DNA of 64,000 nucleotides, from NCBI GenBank assembly GCA_038087875.1, contig CM075997.1, forward strand, positions 5,830,001 to 5,894,000. The letters are read 5' to 3'. The notes under the pieces were generated by a model. It was not told where the DNA came from and searched no databases. It was given only the letters and a program-made list of their open reading frames with translations. This document shows positions 23,731 to 37,412 of the stretch, piece by piece. Source of the stretch: Malacoraja senta (lineage: Eukaryota). How positions within the stretch are numbered: position 1 is the first letter of the stretch; every line of letters starts with the position of its first letter. A program made the translations under genes and the position numbers.

Positions 23731-25049
23731 ATAAACAATGTCTGCCTGAGGCGGGGATCCTCCGGTCTGACTCCTCAGAGTCTGCTGGCCACCCAGCCTT
23801 TTGTCTGTCTTGCGCCCTAATGGCGCTACAACGGTATATTTTTAACCGCATATAAATGTCGATGGCCTTGCTGCCACCGGCTCCTCAAAAGGGCGCCCGC
23901 TACTCGCAGACCCGCGGTCTTTCTCGAGTTTACCTGCGGTACGCCTCTACATCTTTTCTCCATTCTGACTTGTGTTGTTCCAACTACAAGTTCTCTGAAG
24001 AAAGCGACCTGAAAAACGCAAGTAATCACTTACCTTCAGGCTTTTTACTTACCGGTTTGGAGGAGCTCTGCTCCTCCAAACACACGGTCGCTGCGCTATG
24101 CATCTGACGTTATGACGCGTGTGCGGATGGACGGGCTCTTCTTCACATAGTCACTCACGTGACTCCGAAGTAAAATAGCCGGTGCCCATGTGTGCCCCCA
24201 TTGCAAACCTTTGACGTGCGAAAAGTGAGGAGAGGTGAAGAAGATTTGAATTCTCCAAAATAAAGAAAGATTAGCTTGGTAAAGGAGAATGATGGTGGAA
24301 GGTATTGGTTCGAAATCTGTTCTAGAAAGCAATGAAAACCTCTTAGACAACTTGGTTTGGGGTAGTTGTAGATTTGAAGGGCTGAAGGGCCTGTTTTCAT
24401 GCTAAGTGGCTCAATGTAGAGATTGTGCATCTGGCCCAACGATATTTAAAGTAAATGTTAGCTTAACTACATTTATCAGCATTCTTTTGCAGATATTCCT
24501 TCTCTCTATTCTTGCCCATCTCTACCAATTTATAGTTTTTTTTCACATTTACAGTTCAAATGAATGATTCTTGACTGGGGGTTTTGACTCTTCGTCTCCC
24601 CACCTATGATGTTTGATTTGCTGAGTACTTTCTACATTTCTTGTTTTGGGTTTGGAATAGATTAAATCAATAGGTGAAAGAGGGATAAAAATTAGAGAAA
24701 GATTGAGTCCAAAGGATTTGATTAAGTTTGATTAAGAACAGTATATATATATATATTTTTATTATTGAAAACCCCCCCATTATTCTACATCCATTTGTGC
24801 AAATAGTATGACATGTGTATGTAAAGTCATGATAGTGACTAGTCAGTGCAATTGTAGTAAATGGATCAGCTCAGTTCTGAGTGGCAACAACAATTAATAG
24901 CAAAGGATTTTTTATGAAACTCTTGTTTAATTTTAAAAATAGTCCCCAGCACGCACTTAGAACTACATAAATCAAAGGAAAATTTAGATAGTATTGTTTT
25001 GACGTGCAATATAACTTGTAAAATCATTTAAATGCTCATGTTTTCTTAG

Positions 25050-25411
25050 ATTACAAGAATTGATGGAACAGTTGACAGCCCTCCTTGCTTGAAGGTTTCC
25101 CATAAAACTTTTGGGTCTCAGAACAGCAACAGCGATATGCTGTTCTTTCGACTCAGCATGCCTGTTGAGTTTCATGACACATTCAAATGTACCCCAGGAA
25201 CAACACCATTGACCAGAATGACAATCCCAGAAGAGGAAGTTGAAGATATTGATATGGATTCGGAGTTTGAAGTTCTTAAAAAATCAGCCAGTCGAACTCA
25301 AACCGAAACCCCTGCCAATGAGAAGGAGGGCTTGAAGGATGCGGCTAAGGAACTGGCCAAAACAGAGAATGAGAAAGATTCCTCCTCTGAGAAAAGTAAA
25401 TCCAAAACCAG
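25050..25411 (+). CDS. RYR1: Ryanodine receptor exon (ITRIDGTVDSPPCLKVSHKTFGSQNS...ENEKDSSSEKSKSKT), includes divergent region D2
   Basis: ttttcttag acceptor, gttggt donor at 25412; 362 nt, phase 0 to 2; long D2 with ENEKD as in RYR1. Confidence 0.93.
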
Positions 25412-26144
25412 GTTGGTGTTTTAGAAGATCTTTGAATATTCCAAAAGGGTTGCCGAGATAAACAAGAGGTCCAGTTATAGTTATCAGCAGCATTTATTTT
25501 TATAATGGGTTCTATTGTCAAAGGAAATATTCTATATTATCTTTAGACCATTATGGATGATTAGAATGATTGAAAAATTACAATGCAGGAGGCTATTGAC
25601 TCTATTGATATGTGTGGCTCAAATCCCAGCATTACATTCAGAGTTCAGCTGGTCACAGTTCTTCAAATACCTTTTTAAAAACATATGATGAGGCTTCTGG
25701 TATGAATTCCAGACCCATTCCACGTTCACTATGAATGCGTTTTATCTCATCTTCCCACTAATTCTATTAATTACAGATCTTGTGTTCAAAATATAGCACT
25801 GTTTAGAACAAGTGCATCCTGATTTTAGTTTCCCTCCGACTTTGCAAAATGTATTAAAAACACTGAAAAAATGTATACATTTTTGCCTTGCCAAATAGAT
25901 AATTTGTTTCTTTTTTTTCATTGCTACCCATGAGGTATTCCTTGACATTTTGTTTGATAATTATGTTTGGCAAAAGCACAGAAATTCAGTTAGCAGAGAG
26001 ATAATGGGTAGTGTTGTGAGGCAGAGAGATTGAGGAGTGCAGGTGCATACTATCTTGGAAGTGTCGTCGCAGATTGTTACGGTGGTCAAGAAGGCTTTGG
26101 TATATTAGCCTTCATTAGTCATGATATTAACTATAGAAATGATT

Positions 26145-26780
26145 GACACAAAATGCTGAAGTAATTCAGCAGGTCAGGAAACATCTGCGAAAACGGATAG
26201 GTGACATTTCAGGTCGGGGACCCTTCTACCAGACTGATTGTAATGGTGGGGCGGGAGGATCCAGATCCAGTCGGCCTTGGCAGACCGAGCGTAAATAATC
26301 AGCAGAATAGTTGCCAAGTCGAAGCTTTGTCTCGCTAACGTACAGGGGAATATTGGATGCAGTAGATGAGGCTAGAGGACGTGCATGTGAACCTCTGTCT
26401 CAACTGGAAGGACTGTTGGGGTCCCTAGATGGAGACGAGGGAGGAGGTATAAGGGTAGGTGTTACATCTCCTGTGGTTGCAGGGAAAAGTACTTGCAGAG
26501 GGGGTGGTTTGGGTGGAAGGGATGAGTGAACCAAGGAGTTGTGGAGGGAACTGTCTCTGCGGAGGCAAAAAGTGGTGGAGATGGGAAGATGTGATTAGTG
26601 GTGGAATCACGTTGGAGGTCATGGAAATATTGGAGGAGGATGTGTTCGATGTGGAAGCTGGTGGTGTGAAAGATGAGGTCCAGGGAAACTCCGTCTTTGT
26701 TTTGTCTGGGGAGACGGAGCGAGAGCAGGACTCTAGGACACAGAAGAGACGTGGGTGAGAAATCCATCTATGACAGCCCA
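26145..26780 (-). mobile_element. Degenerate Penelope-like fragment
   Basis: IFHTTSFHIEHILLQYFHDLQRDSTTNHIFPSPPL and FPCNHRRCNTYPYTS (RT-to-endonuclease linker). Confidence 0.7.
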
Positions 26781-27387
26781 GAGGAAATAATTGTTGCTAA
26801 ACAATGTTCTTATCTGGAAAGCCTCATCTTGGGCCCCATGTTCTGTGTCTTTATCCCTGTAACTACCTCATTGACCTGTCATGTTACCTTTTAAGAATAT
26901 GTGGAGTTCTACTCTAAACTTTCTTTGTTTCCCACATCATTCATTATCTCGTATATTCAACTGCCTTGTTACACTTCACCAAATGGAGTACCTCATACTT
27001 CTGTGGCTTAAATTCCACTTGGCACTTTGCAGTTGATTAGACTTGTTTATATCAGTTGAAAACTTTCCTACTCAACTTCAAACACATGGCCAGTTTTAGT
27101 ACCATTTGCAAACTTCTTTGTCATGCTTCCTACATTTGAGCAGAAATCATTTATATAGGGTACAAATAACAAGGGACTAATTATCTCCTGCTGTGAACCT
27201 TACTGGTAAGGGGAATAACAGATTCATACAGCGTGAAAACAAGCCCTTCAGCCTTACTTACCTTTAATGACCAAGATGCCCCGTCTACACTAGTTTCACC
27301 TGCCCACGTTTGGCCCATATCCCTCTAAACCTTTCCTATCCATGGACCTGTCCAAATGTCTTCTAATTGTATTGTACCTGCCTCAAC

Positions 27388-30300
27388 GTGGCTTGAAAAA
27401 TGGTGCAAGGGGGAGGGATTCAAATTTCATGGGCATTGGAACCAGTTCTGGGGGAGGTGGGACCAGTACAAACAGGACGGTCTGCACCTGGGCTGGAATG
27501 GAACCAATGTCCTTGGGGGAGTGTTTGCTAGTGCTGTCGGGGAGGATTTAAACTAATGTGGCAGGGGGATGGGTGCAAGAGCAGAGAGGCAGGGGGGTGT
27601 AAAATGAGGGTAGAAGCAATAGGTAGCAAGGTGAATAGTAAAAGTGGCATGCAGACAAAACCAGGGCAAAAATCAAAAAGGGCCACTTTTCAACATAATT
27701 GTATAAGGGGTAAGAGTGTTGTAAAGACAAGCCTGAAGGCTTTGTATCTTAATGCAAGGAGCATTCGTAATAAGGTGGATGAGTTGAATATGCAGATAGT
27801 TATTAATGAATATGATATAGTTAGGATCACGGAGACATGGCTCCAGGGTGACCAAGGCTGGGAGCTGAACATCCAGAGATATTCAATATTCAGGAGGGAT
27901 AGACAGAAAGGAAAAGGAGGTGGGGTAGCGTTGCTGGTTAGAGAGGAGATTAACGCAATAGAAAGGAAGGACATTAGCTTGGAGGATGTGGAATCGATAT
28001 GGGTAGAGCTGCGAAACACTAAGGGACAGAAAACGCTAGTGGGAGTTGTGTACAGGCCACCTAACAGTAGTAGTGGAGTTGGGGATGGCATCAAACAGGA
28101 AATTAGAAATGCGTGCAACATAGGTAAAACAGTTATAATGGGTGACTTCAATCTACATATAGATTGGGTGAATCAAATTGGCAGGGATGCTGAGGAAGAG
28201 GATTTCTTGGAATGTATGCGGGATAGTTTTCTAAACCAACATGTAGAGGAACCAACGAGAGAGCAGGCTATTCTCGACTGGGTATTGAGCAATGAGGAAG
28301 GGTTAGTTAGCAGTCTTGTTGTGCGTGGCCCCTTGGGCAAGAGTGACCATAATATGGTTGAGTTCTTCATTAGGATGGAGAGTGACATTGTTAATCCAGA
28401 AACAAGGGTCCTGAACTTAAAGAAAGGTAACTTTGAGGGTATGAGACGTGAATTGGCCAAGATAGACTGGCAATTGATTCTTAAAGGGTTGACGGTGGAT
28501 ATGCAATGGAAGGCATTTAAAGACTGCATGGATGAACTACAACAATTATTCATCCCAGTTTGGCAAAAGAATAAATCAGGGAAGGTAGTGCACCCGTGGA
28601 TAACAAGGGTAATCAGGGATAGTATCAAAACAAAAGATGAAGCATACAAATTAGCCAGAAAAAGCAGCCTATCAGGGGACTGGGAGAAATTCAGAGTCCA
28701 GCAGAGGAGGACAAAGGGCTTAATTAGGATAGGAAAAATAGATTATGAAAGAAAACTGGCAGGGAACATAAAAACTGACTGCAACATTTTTTATAGATAT
28801 GTGAAGAAAAAAAGAGTAGTTAAAACAAATGTAGGTTCCTTGCAGTCAGAAACAGGCAAATTGATCATGGGGAACAAGGACATGGCAGACCAATTGAATA
28901 ACTACTTTGGTTCTGTCTTCACTAAGGAAGACATAAATAATCTGCCGGAAATAGCAGGGGACCGGGGGATCAAATGAGATGGAGGAACTGAGTGAAATCC
29001 AGGTTAGCCGGGAAGTGGTGTTAGGTAAATTGAATGGATTAAAGGCCGATAAATCCCCATGGCCAGATAAGTTGCATCCCAGAGTACTTAAGGAAGTAGC
29101 CCCAGAAATAGTGGATGCATTAGTGATAATTTTTCAAACTCTTTAGATTCTGGAGTAGTTCCTGAGGATTGGAGGGTAGCTAATGTAACCCCACTTTTTA
29201 AAAAGGGAGGGAGAGAGAAAACGGGGATTTATAGACCAGTTAGTCTAACATCGGTAGTGGGGAAAATGCTAGAGTCAGTTATTAAAGATGGGATAGCAGC
29301 ACATTTGTAAAGTGGTGAATTCATTGGACAAAGTCAGCATGGATTTATGAAAGGTAAATCATGTCTGACGAATCTTATAGAATATTTCGAGGATGTAACC
29401 AGTAGAGTGGATAAAGGAGAACCAGTGGATGTATTATATCTGGACTTTCAGAAGGCTTTCGACAAGGTCCCACATAAGAGATTAGTATGCAAACTTAAAG
29501 CACACGGTATTGGGGGTTCAGTATTGATGTGGATAGAGAACTGGCTGGCAGACAGGAAGCAAAGAGTAGGAGTAAACGGATCCTTTTCAGAATGGCAGGC
29601 AGTGACTAGTGGGGTACCGCAAGGCTCAGTGCTGGGACCCCAGCTATTTACAATATATATTAATGAACTGGATGAGGGAATTGAATGCAACATCTTCAAG
29701 TTCGCGGATGACACGAAGCTGGGGAACAGTGTTAGCTGTGAGGAGGATGCTAGGAGGCTGCAAGGTGACTTGGATAGGTTGGGTGAGTGGCAAATGCATG
29801 GCAGATCCAGTATAATGTGGATAAATGTGAGGTTATCCACTTTGGTGGCAAAAACAGGAAAGTAGACTATTACCTGAATGGTGGCCGATTAGGAAAAGGG
29901 GAGATGCAACGAGACCTGGGTGTCATGGTACACCAGTCATTGAAAGTAGGCATGCAGGTGCAGCAGGCAGTGAAGAAAGCGAATGGTATGTTAGCATTCA
30001 TAGCAAAAGGATTTGAGTATAAGAGCAGGGAGATTCTACTGCAGTTGTACAGGGTCTTGCTGAGACCACACCTGGAGTATTACGTGCAGTTTTGGTCTCC
30101 TAATCTGAGGAAAGACATTCTTGCCATAGAGGGAGTACAGAGAAGGTTCACCAGACTGATTCCTGGGATGGTAGGACTTTCATATGAAGAAAGACTGGAT
30201 AGACTCGGCTTGTACTCGCTAGAATTTAGAAGATTGAGGGGGGATCTAATAGAAACTTACAAAATTCTTAAGGGGTTAGACAGGCTAGATACTGGAAGAT

Positions 30301-30640
30301 TATTCCCGATGTTGGGGAAGTCCAGAACAAGGGGTCACAGTTTAAGGATAAGGGGGAAGTCTTTTAGGACCGAGATGAGAAAATCATTTTTTACACAGAG
30401 AGTGGTGAATCTGTGGAATTCTCTGCCACAGAAGGTAGTTGAGGCCAGTTCATTGGCTATATTTAAGAGGGAGTTAGATGTGGCCCTTGTGGCTAAAGGG
30501 ATCAGGGGGTATGGAGAGAAGGCAGGTACAGGATACTGAGTGGGATGATCAGCCATGATCATATTGAATGGCGGTGCAGGCTCGAAGGTCCGAATGGCCT
30601 ACTCCTGCACCTATTTTCTATGTTTCTATGTCTATGTTTC
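27388..30640 (+). mobile_element. CR1 LINE: ORF1 esterase end plus complete but disrupted ORF2 (endonuclease and RT)
   Basis: DGLHL esterase motif; [49 protein letters not shown]; frameshifts near 28966, 29140 and 29788; ctatgttt tail. Confidence 0.96.
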
Positions 30641-31840
30641 TAACTACCTTCTCTGGCAGCTCGTTCCATATACACCATCTTCTGAAAGCCCCTCAGGTGC
30701 CGACTAAATCTTTCCGCTCAGCTTAAACCTGTCTTCTGGTTCTTGATTCCTCTACTCTGGATAAAGGAATAGAGCATTCACTAACTATTCCCCTCATGAA
30801 CTTATACACCTATTTATGGTTACCCCTCAGCCTCCTGTGCTCTAAGGAATAAAGTCGTAGTCTGTGCAATCTCTCCCTATATCAGGCCCTCAAATTCTGG
30901 CAACATCCTCGTAAATCTTCTGTCCATTCTTTCCAGCTTCACAACATTTTTCCCATAGCAAGCAGGGTGACCAAAACTGAACACAATAGTCTAAACGTGG
31001 CCACTTCTGCACGTCACCCAACTTCTGACCGACTGTCATAAGATCATAAGTGATAGGAGTAGAATTAGGCCATTCGGCCCATCAAGTCTACTCCGCCATT
31101 TTATCATGGCTGATCTATCTCTCCCTCCTAACGCCTTTCTCCTGCCTTCTCCCCATAACCTCAGACACTCTTACTGTCGCTTCGGTTGCTGTTCTAGTTG
31201 ACCTTTGGCTAAAGGATGACCCTAAAATGTTGACGCTGTAGGACTTGGCAATGATTATGCCATTAAATGGAAAGGATGCATTCACTCTCGTTTATTGGAG
31301 AAAAAGTATTATCTGACAATTTTACGGCGCCAAATATGAGTGTTGTCTATGCATGTGTGAATTGGAATGAACATTGAGTAATCATCTGCAAATGCGGTTG
31401 TTGATGAAGGTGGTTGTGTTTGAGACATTTTCCTGAGGTACCTCTGCAATGATATCCTGGGCTTGTGATGATTTACCTTACGGTTATCTACCTATGCACC
31501 ATGGATGACTTCAACCATTGTAGTATTTTCCCCTCGATGGTCATTGATTTTAGGTTTACCAAGGATCTTTGATGCCACATTAGATCAAGTATAAGGACAG
31601 CATTCTGAGGATTCCTTCTGTCTAATAATAGCCATGATCACAGTGAATGGCAGTGCTGGCTCGATTGTCTTCCTTGCTTTTCATGCATAAACCCTGCTTT
31701 GCCTCATCTTTACCTGCTTACAGTACTGTTGGAAGTCCTAATTCTGAACTTTCTAGATCCACACAAGCTGCCTGACACTGAGGATAATTGTAGCATGTTC
31801 TGCATTTATATATAATTTAATTGTTTTTTCTGCATTTTAG

Positions 31841-31967
31841 GTTCTTATTTAAAAAAAGGCCTGCCTTTATTACTCCAACACCAGTTACACCAACTGTTCC
31901 CCGCTTAATACATGATGTTGTGCCGGATGACAGAGATGATCCAGAAATTATTTTGAACACAACCACG
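31841..31967 (+). CDS. RYR1: Ryanodine receptor exon ([43 protein letters not shown])
   Basis: tttag acceptor, gtaaat donor; 127 nt, phase 2 to 0; [20 protein letters not shown] is RYR1-like; absent from the ORF track. Confidence 0.95.
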
Positions 31968-32119
31968 GTAAATCATTAACTGGAATCAGTAACAATGATA
32001 GATCAACTACATTTTCATTCTGTTTTATGCTGTTAAGAATGTGGAGCTTTCTTAAAATCACAAAGTAACTTTAGAGAGTTATTATTTGGTTATTTATGAA
32101 TATCACTGATTTATGAATA

Positions 32120-32944
32120 CAGTAAACCCTCGTTTTAAGAGATCCCTTTATGACACATTTTGGATATAGCGGACGTACTTGCTGATCCACCTCCAACTCG
32201 CAATACTTTCCCACCCCACCCTCGACTCGCAAGGTTCACCAACGACCCCTTCGTCACCCACTTCACGATCCAGTGATATGGTCGTTTTTGCACCTCACAT
32301 TGTAGCCCCTGGGAGCAGCGCTTTCTTCAGGCCGCCACCACCAGCATGCCACGCTTGGTCACCATGGGGCTCACTCCCCCTCACCTGCTGCTGCTTCTTG
32401 CTGTCAGCAGTGGCTTTGCCTACTCCTCACTCAACCACTTCTACCTCCCATTGATCTGTCCACTCGACCTCTTGACCCGCCCCTCCCCCCATCGTCGCCT
32501 TCTCCTCCTTTTCCCCCTGGAATCGGCAACATACTCCACCTTGGAAGCGGCAGCTGTAGAGGGGAGGGAGGGAGCCCCATGGTGACCGAGTGGGTCTTGT
32601 CCTTGACAGCGGCCTGAAGAAAGCGCTGTCCCTCGGGGCTACAATGTGTGCCGCTACAACAGTCACGAGAACTGGTGAAGAGGGCTCACTGGTGCAGACT
32701 AGCAGTGTCGACGTCTAGTGTTAAATTGAAACAACACAAAGTGTTGGAGTAACTCGGCAGATTGAATCAGTCTGAGGAAGGGTCCTGAGTTACTCCAGCA
32801 CTTTGTCTTTTTGTGTATTAACTATTATCTGAAGTTTTTTGTTTCAATTACATACAATGACCATACCTTATTTGCTTAAAATGGACAATCTGAAATAATG
32901 GAGACCATTCCTCCCATATGATCTGTTATAATGAGGGTTTACTG
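32120..32944. mobile_element. Tigger/pogo-like non-autonomous DNA transposon
   Basis: TIR cagtaaaccctcgttttaa vs reverse complement of ttataatgagggtttactg; TA on the left, TT on the right. Confidence 0.75.
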
Positions 32945-34574
32945 TTCCTAAATTAACAGAATTGCAAAAAGTTCCAAGTTGTACTTTGAGATCCAATAAT
33001 CTAAGAAAAATGTTCTTTAGTTTGACAGCATTTGGGACTTCACCACACATTCTTAACCACCTGCAGTTCTTATTGGGTAGGTCCACAGATGACATGTGGG
33101 AGTAATTTAAAGGCCAGCTGATTAAAGTGTAGGATCAGTATGTTACAGTAAGGAGACGGTATAAGAATGGCGAGTAAAGAAACTGGATGACCAAGGAGGT
33201 TGTAAATTTGGTCAGGAAGAGAAATAAAGTGTATGTCAAGTTTAGGAAGGCGGCATTAGACAGACCTTATGAGGAATATGAATCGAGCAGGAAAGAACTC
33301 AAGCGGGAGATTAGAGGGACTAAAAGAGGCCATGAAATGTCATCGGCGAGTTGTATTAAGAAAATCCTAAGGCTTTTTAGACATTTGTTAAAAACAAGAT
33401 TGTGACCAGGGAGAAGGTAGAACCGCTCAAGGATAAATCTATGCTTGGAATCGGCGGATGTAGGAGAGGTACTAAACCAGTACTTTGCATCAGTATTCAC
33501 CAAGGAGGTGGACGGAGGGAAGTGAGATCACTGTGGTAAATACAAATATGTTAGGGCAATTTAAAATCAGGAAGGAGGTGCTGCAGAGGCTATTGGAGAT
33601 CATTAAGTCCCTGAGACCTGATGGGATCTATTCCAGGATATTGAGGGAAGCAAGAAATGAGATTGCAGGGCCTTATGCCTGGAGGTCTGTGACCACTGGA
33701 GTTCTGCAGGGATCTGTGCTGGGACCTCTGTTGTTTGTGATATACATAAATATAGATGGGTTGATGAATAAGCTTGTTGACAACATCAAAATTGGAGTTG
33801 CATACAGTGAGGAAGGCTGTCAGAAGACACAGCGGAATATAGGTCAGCTGCTAAAATGGGCAGAGTAATGGCAGATGGATTTCAACCCAAGCAAGTGTAA
33901 GGTGTTGCCCTTTGGGAGATTGGATATAAGGGGTAAGAATACAGTTAATAGCAAGACCTTTAACCACATTGATGTACAGAGGGATCTTGGAATCCAAGTT
34001 CATAGCTCACTGAAGGTAGCAGCACAAGTAGATAGGGTGATAAATAAGATGTGCTATGCTTGCCTTTATTGCGAGGGACATTGGATATAAGAGTCAGGAA
34101 GTTATGATGCAGCTCTATAGGACTTTGAATAGTTACATTTGGAGTCTGGCATGCTGTTCTGGTCACCCTATTACATGAAATATATGGAGGGTTTGGAGAG
34201 GGTGTGGTGAAGATTACCAGAATGCCGTCTTGATTAGAGGCTACAGCTAGAGGGAGAGGTTGGATAACCTTGGATTGCTTTTTCTTGGATGTCAGAGGTT
34301 GAGGGGAGACTTAATTGAGTATATAAAATTATGAGAGGCATAAATAGGTTAGACATCTATAGCTATAAGGTGAGAGGGGAAAGGTTTAATGGAGACTAGA
34401 GCAAGTGCAAACCCGTAGGGTCTGCTCCCCCAACGCAACATTCCATCACTCACCCGTTCCCCCAACGCAATATTGCACCACTTACGCATAGCCGCCAACT
34501 GCGCAGGCGCGGCTCATTTCTCCTCATCCCCAGCCTTCCTTCCTCCTTTTCACCCTCCCTCTTCAATCCCTAGA

Positions 34575-34960
34575 GGGAGGAGGTTAGAGAGGGAGGGGAG
34601 GTTAGAGAGGGAGGGGATGTTAGAGAGGGAGGGGGGGTTAGAGAGGGTGGGGGGGTAGAGAGGGAGGGGGGTAGAGAGGGAGGGGAGGGGGATGGGGGTG
34701 GAGAGGGAGGGGGTAGAGAAGGAGGGGGTGAGGTAGAGGGGCAGAGAGGGAGGGGGCAGGGTAGGAGGGAGGGATGGGGGTAGAGAGGGAGGGGGTAGTG
34801 AGGGTGGGAGTGAGGGTAGATAGGGAGGGGGAGGGTAGAGAGGGAGGGGGTAGAGAAGGTGGGAGTGAGGGTAGATAGGGAGGGGGAGAGAGGGGGAGGG
34901 ATGGTAGAGAGGGAGCGGGGTAGAAACTGTGGGATTGAGGGTAGATAGGGAGGGGGTATC
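34575..34960 (+). repeat. G-rich low-complexity tract (gagagggagggggg)n
   Basis: Direct reading; dense G runs. Confidence 0.9.
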
Positions 34961-35582
34961 TCCCTCCTCCACCCCCCATCTCCTTCCACCACCCCACTCT
35001 AACCTCCCCTCCCTCTCTAACCTCCCCTACCTCCTCATTTCCCTCATCCTCCTCCCAAAGTCAAAGTCAATTTTATTCTTCCCTCACTCCCATTCCCTGC
35101 CCCAGGACCTACCCAGGGCCTGGTTTTTGTACTCTGCCCGGCCCTGGTTGTAGACTCCAGTCGTCAGTTCGGCAGCCGCCTGGACTCCAGTGGCCTCGTC
35201 CCTGACCCAGGCTCGTCCTTGGTTCCAGCGGCGGCTTCTTTATCGGCTCCGGTCACGGCCCCGTCCCAAGTCCGGGGCTCGGCTCTCATTCCATCTCCAG
35301 CACCACCCTCCCCGTCGGTGCAGTGCCCCTCGCTCCTGGAGTTTGCCGAGCTGCCTTGCGAATCCATTGCGAATCCATTCGGGTTTTTTCGGGTTTTTCC
35401 GAAATGGGTGAGTTTTCTAGCTATTTAAAAAACTTTAAACGATTGAAAAGTCCGGAAATATAGGGGGGAATACGATGGGAAGATGTTTATCGCCTCGACG
35501 GGGAAAATGTGAGTAGGATGTGTGAAAATGGAAAGGCTGTGGCCTAACGTTTTGAAGAACATAGGGAAATAGGAATATTAAA

Positions 35583-35783
<201 letters not shown>

Positions 35784-36629
35784 AAAAACAAACAAAAAAA
35801 CAAATTATAGAGATGTTCGGGGTAAGTCTTTTTACACAGAGAGTGGTGAAGGCCTGGAACGCATTGCCAAGGGTGATGGTGCAGGCATATATGATAGTGG
35901 CGTTTAAGAGGCTTTTAGATAGGCACATGGAAGTGCAGGGAATAGAGGGGCACAAATATTGTGGGCCGAATAGGCAGTTCCTGTGCTGTACCGTTCTATG
36001 TACCTACTCTACATTCCAAAGTTATGAATTCAGATGTGTATAGCACAAAAACAGGTTAGTCAGCTCAGTAGCCTAAGAACTTCCTGGAACATTCCAAGAG
36101 TAAGCCATACATAATGAAAGTAGGGCCTTAGGAATATTGAGTAACCTTGGTGTACACATCTATGGATCCCAGGAGATGGCAGCACTGATAGATACGGTGT
36201 TGAAGAAGATAAGCAAAAAGCAGGTTACTCTGCGGGTCAGACGGCATCTGTGGAGGGAATGGATAGACAACGTTTTGAGTCAGGACCCTTCTTCCGATTG
36301 ACCCGAAAGGTCCTGACCTGCTACGTTGTCTGTCCATTCCCTTCACAGAATGATTGATTGATGCTGCCTCACTCACTGAGTACCTCCAGCACTTTGTAAT
36401 TTGCTCGAGATGCCAGCATCTGCAATCTCTTGTTTCTGATGAAGAATCTGTGCTTTATGTATATGCCTTCATGAATCGGCACATGGAATATAAAAGTAGG
36501 GAGGTCATCGTGCACAACTTTATAAAATGTTGGTTAAGCCACAATTGGAATACTGTGCACAGTTCTGTTAGCCATGTTCTAGAAGGAATGCGATTGTGCT
36601 GGAGCAGGGCACGGTAGATTCACCAGGAT

Positions 36630-37140
36630 GTCAAGAGTCAAGTTGAATCTCCTTGTACATCTAAGGACGTAGAGGCATTGATGGGCTTACTTTATGAATA
36701 ATTAAATGTGTTGGGGCTCATGGCAGGTGTTCAGAGATATGCACATCCAGGAACTTGAAGTTGTTGAGTCTCTCCACTACTGACCCTACGATGAAGACAG
36801 GTTCATGGATCCTTGGCCTTCCTCTTCTAAAATCAACAATCTGCTCCTTATTGTTACTGACATTGACAGCAAGGTTATTGTTCCCTCCTATACTCTGACT
36901 CATGGTTATCTGTAATTTGTCCAACCATGGTGAAATCTGTCTGCGAATCTAGAGATTGATGTGCAACTATCTCTGGCTAAACAATTATGGGTATAGAGGG
37001 AGTAGAGCAGGGGACTGAGCACACTGCCTTGTGCTGATGGTTATCGAAGAGGAAGTGTGTAACCATTTTTGTACTGACTGGTCTATTGATGAGGAAGTTG
37101 AGGATCCAGTTACAAAGGGTTGGACAGAGACAGTTCTCTG
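36630..37140 (-). mobile_element. Rex1-like LINE RT fragment
   Basis: LCNWILNFLINRP and NNNLAVNVS..KEQIVDFRR...VERLNNFKFL. Confidence 0.7.
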
Positions 37141-37251
37141 AGGTTGGTAACAATTTGGTGTTGGACGCCACATTGGAGTCATTGATCAACAGCTTGACAT
37201 ATGTATTCTTATTATCCAAGTGGTTAGTAATTTGGTGTTTTATTTTGACAG

Positions 37252-37412
37252 TATTACTATTCTGTAAGGATATATGCTGGGCAAGAACCAAGTGGTGTGT
37301 GGGTTGGCTGGGTGACCCCAGATTTTCACCAATATGATGGCAACTTCGATTTATCCAAAGTTCGCACTGTCACAGTTTCTGTCGGAAATGACCAAGGAAA
37401 AGTCCATGACAG
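37252..37412 (+). CDS. RYR1: Ryanodine receptor exon, SPRY3 ([29 protein letters not shown]...GKVHD)
   Basis: ttttgacag acceptor, gtatca donor; 161 nt, phase 0 to 2. Confidence 0.96.

Larger units (their letters stand above)
18761..24178 (-). mobile_element. DIRS1-like tyrosine-recombinase retrotransposon, full length, degenerate
   Basis: Inverted terminal cores 18834-18870 and 24113-24150; internal complementary region 18983-19094; recombinase, methyltransferase-like, RT/RNase H remnants and gag-like region on the minus strand. Confidence 0.93.
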
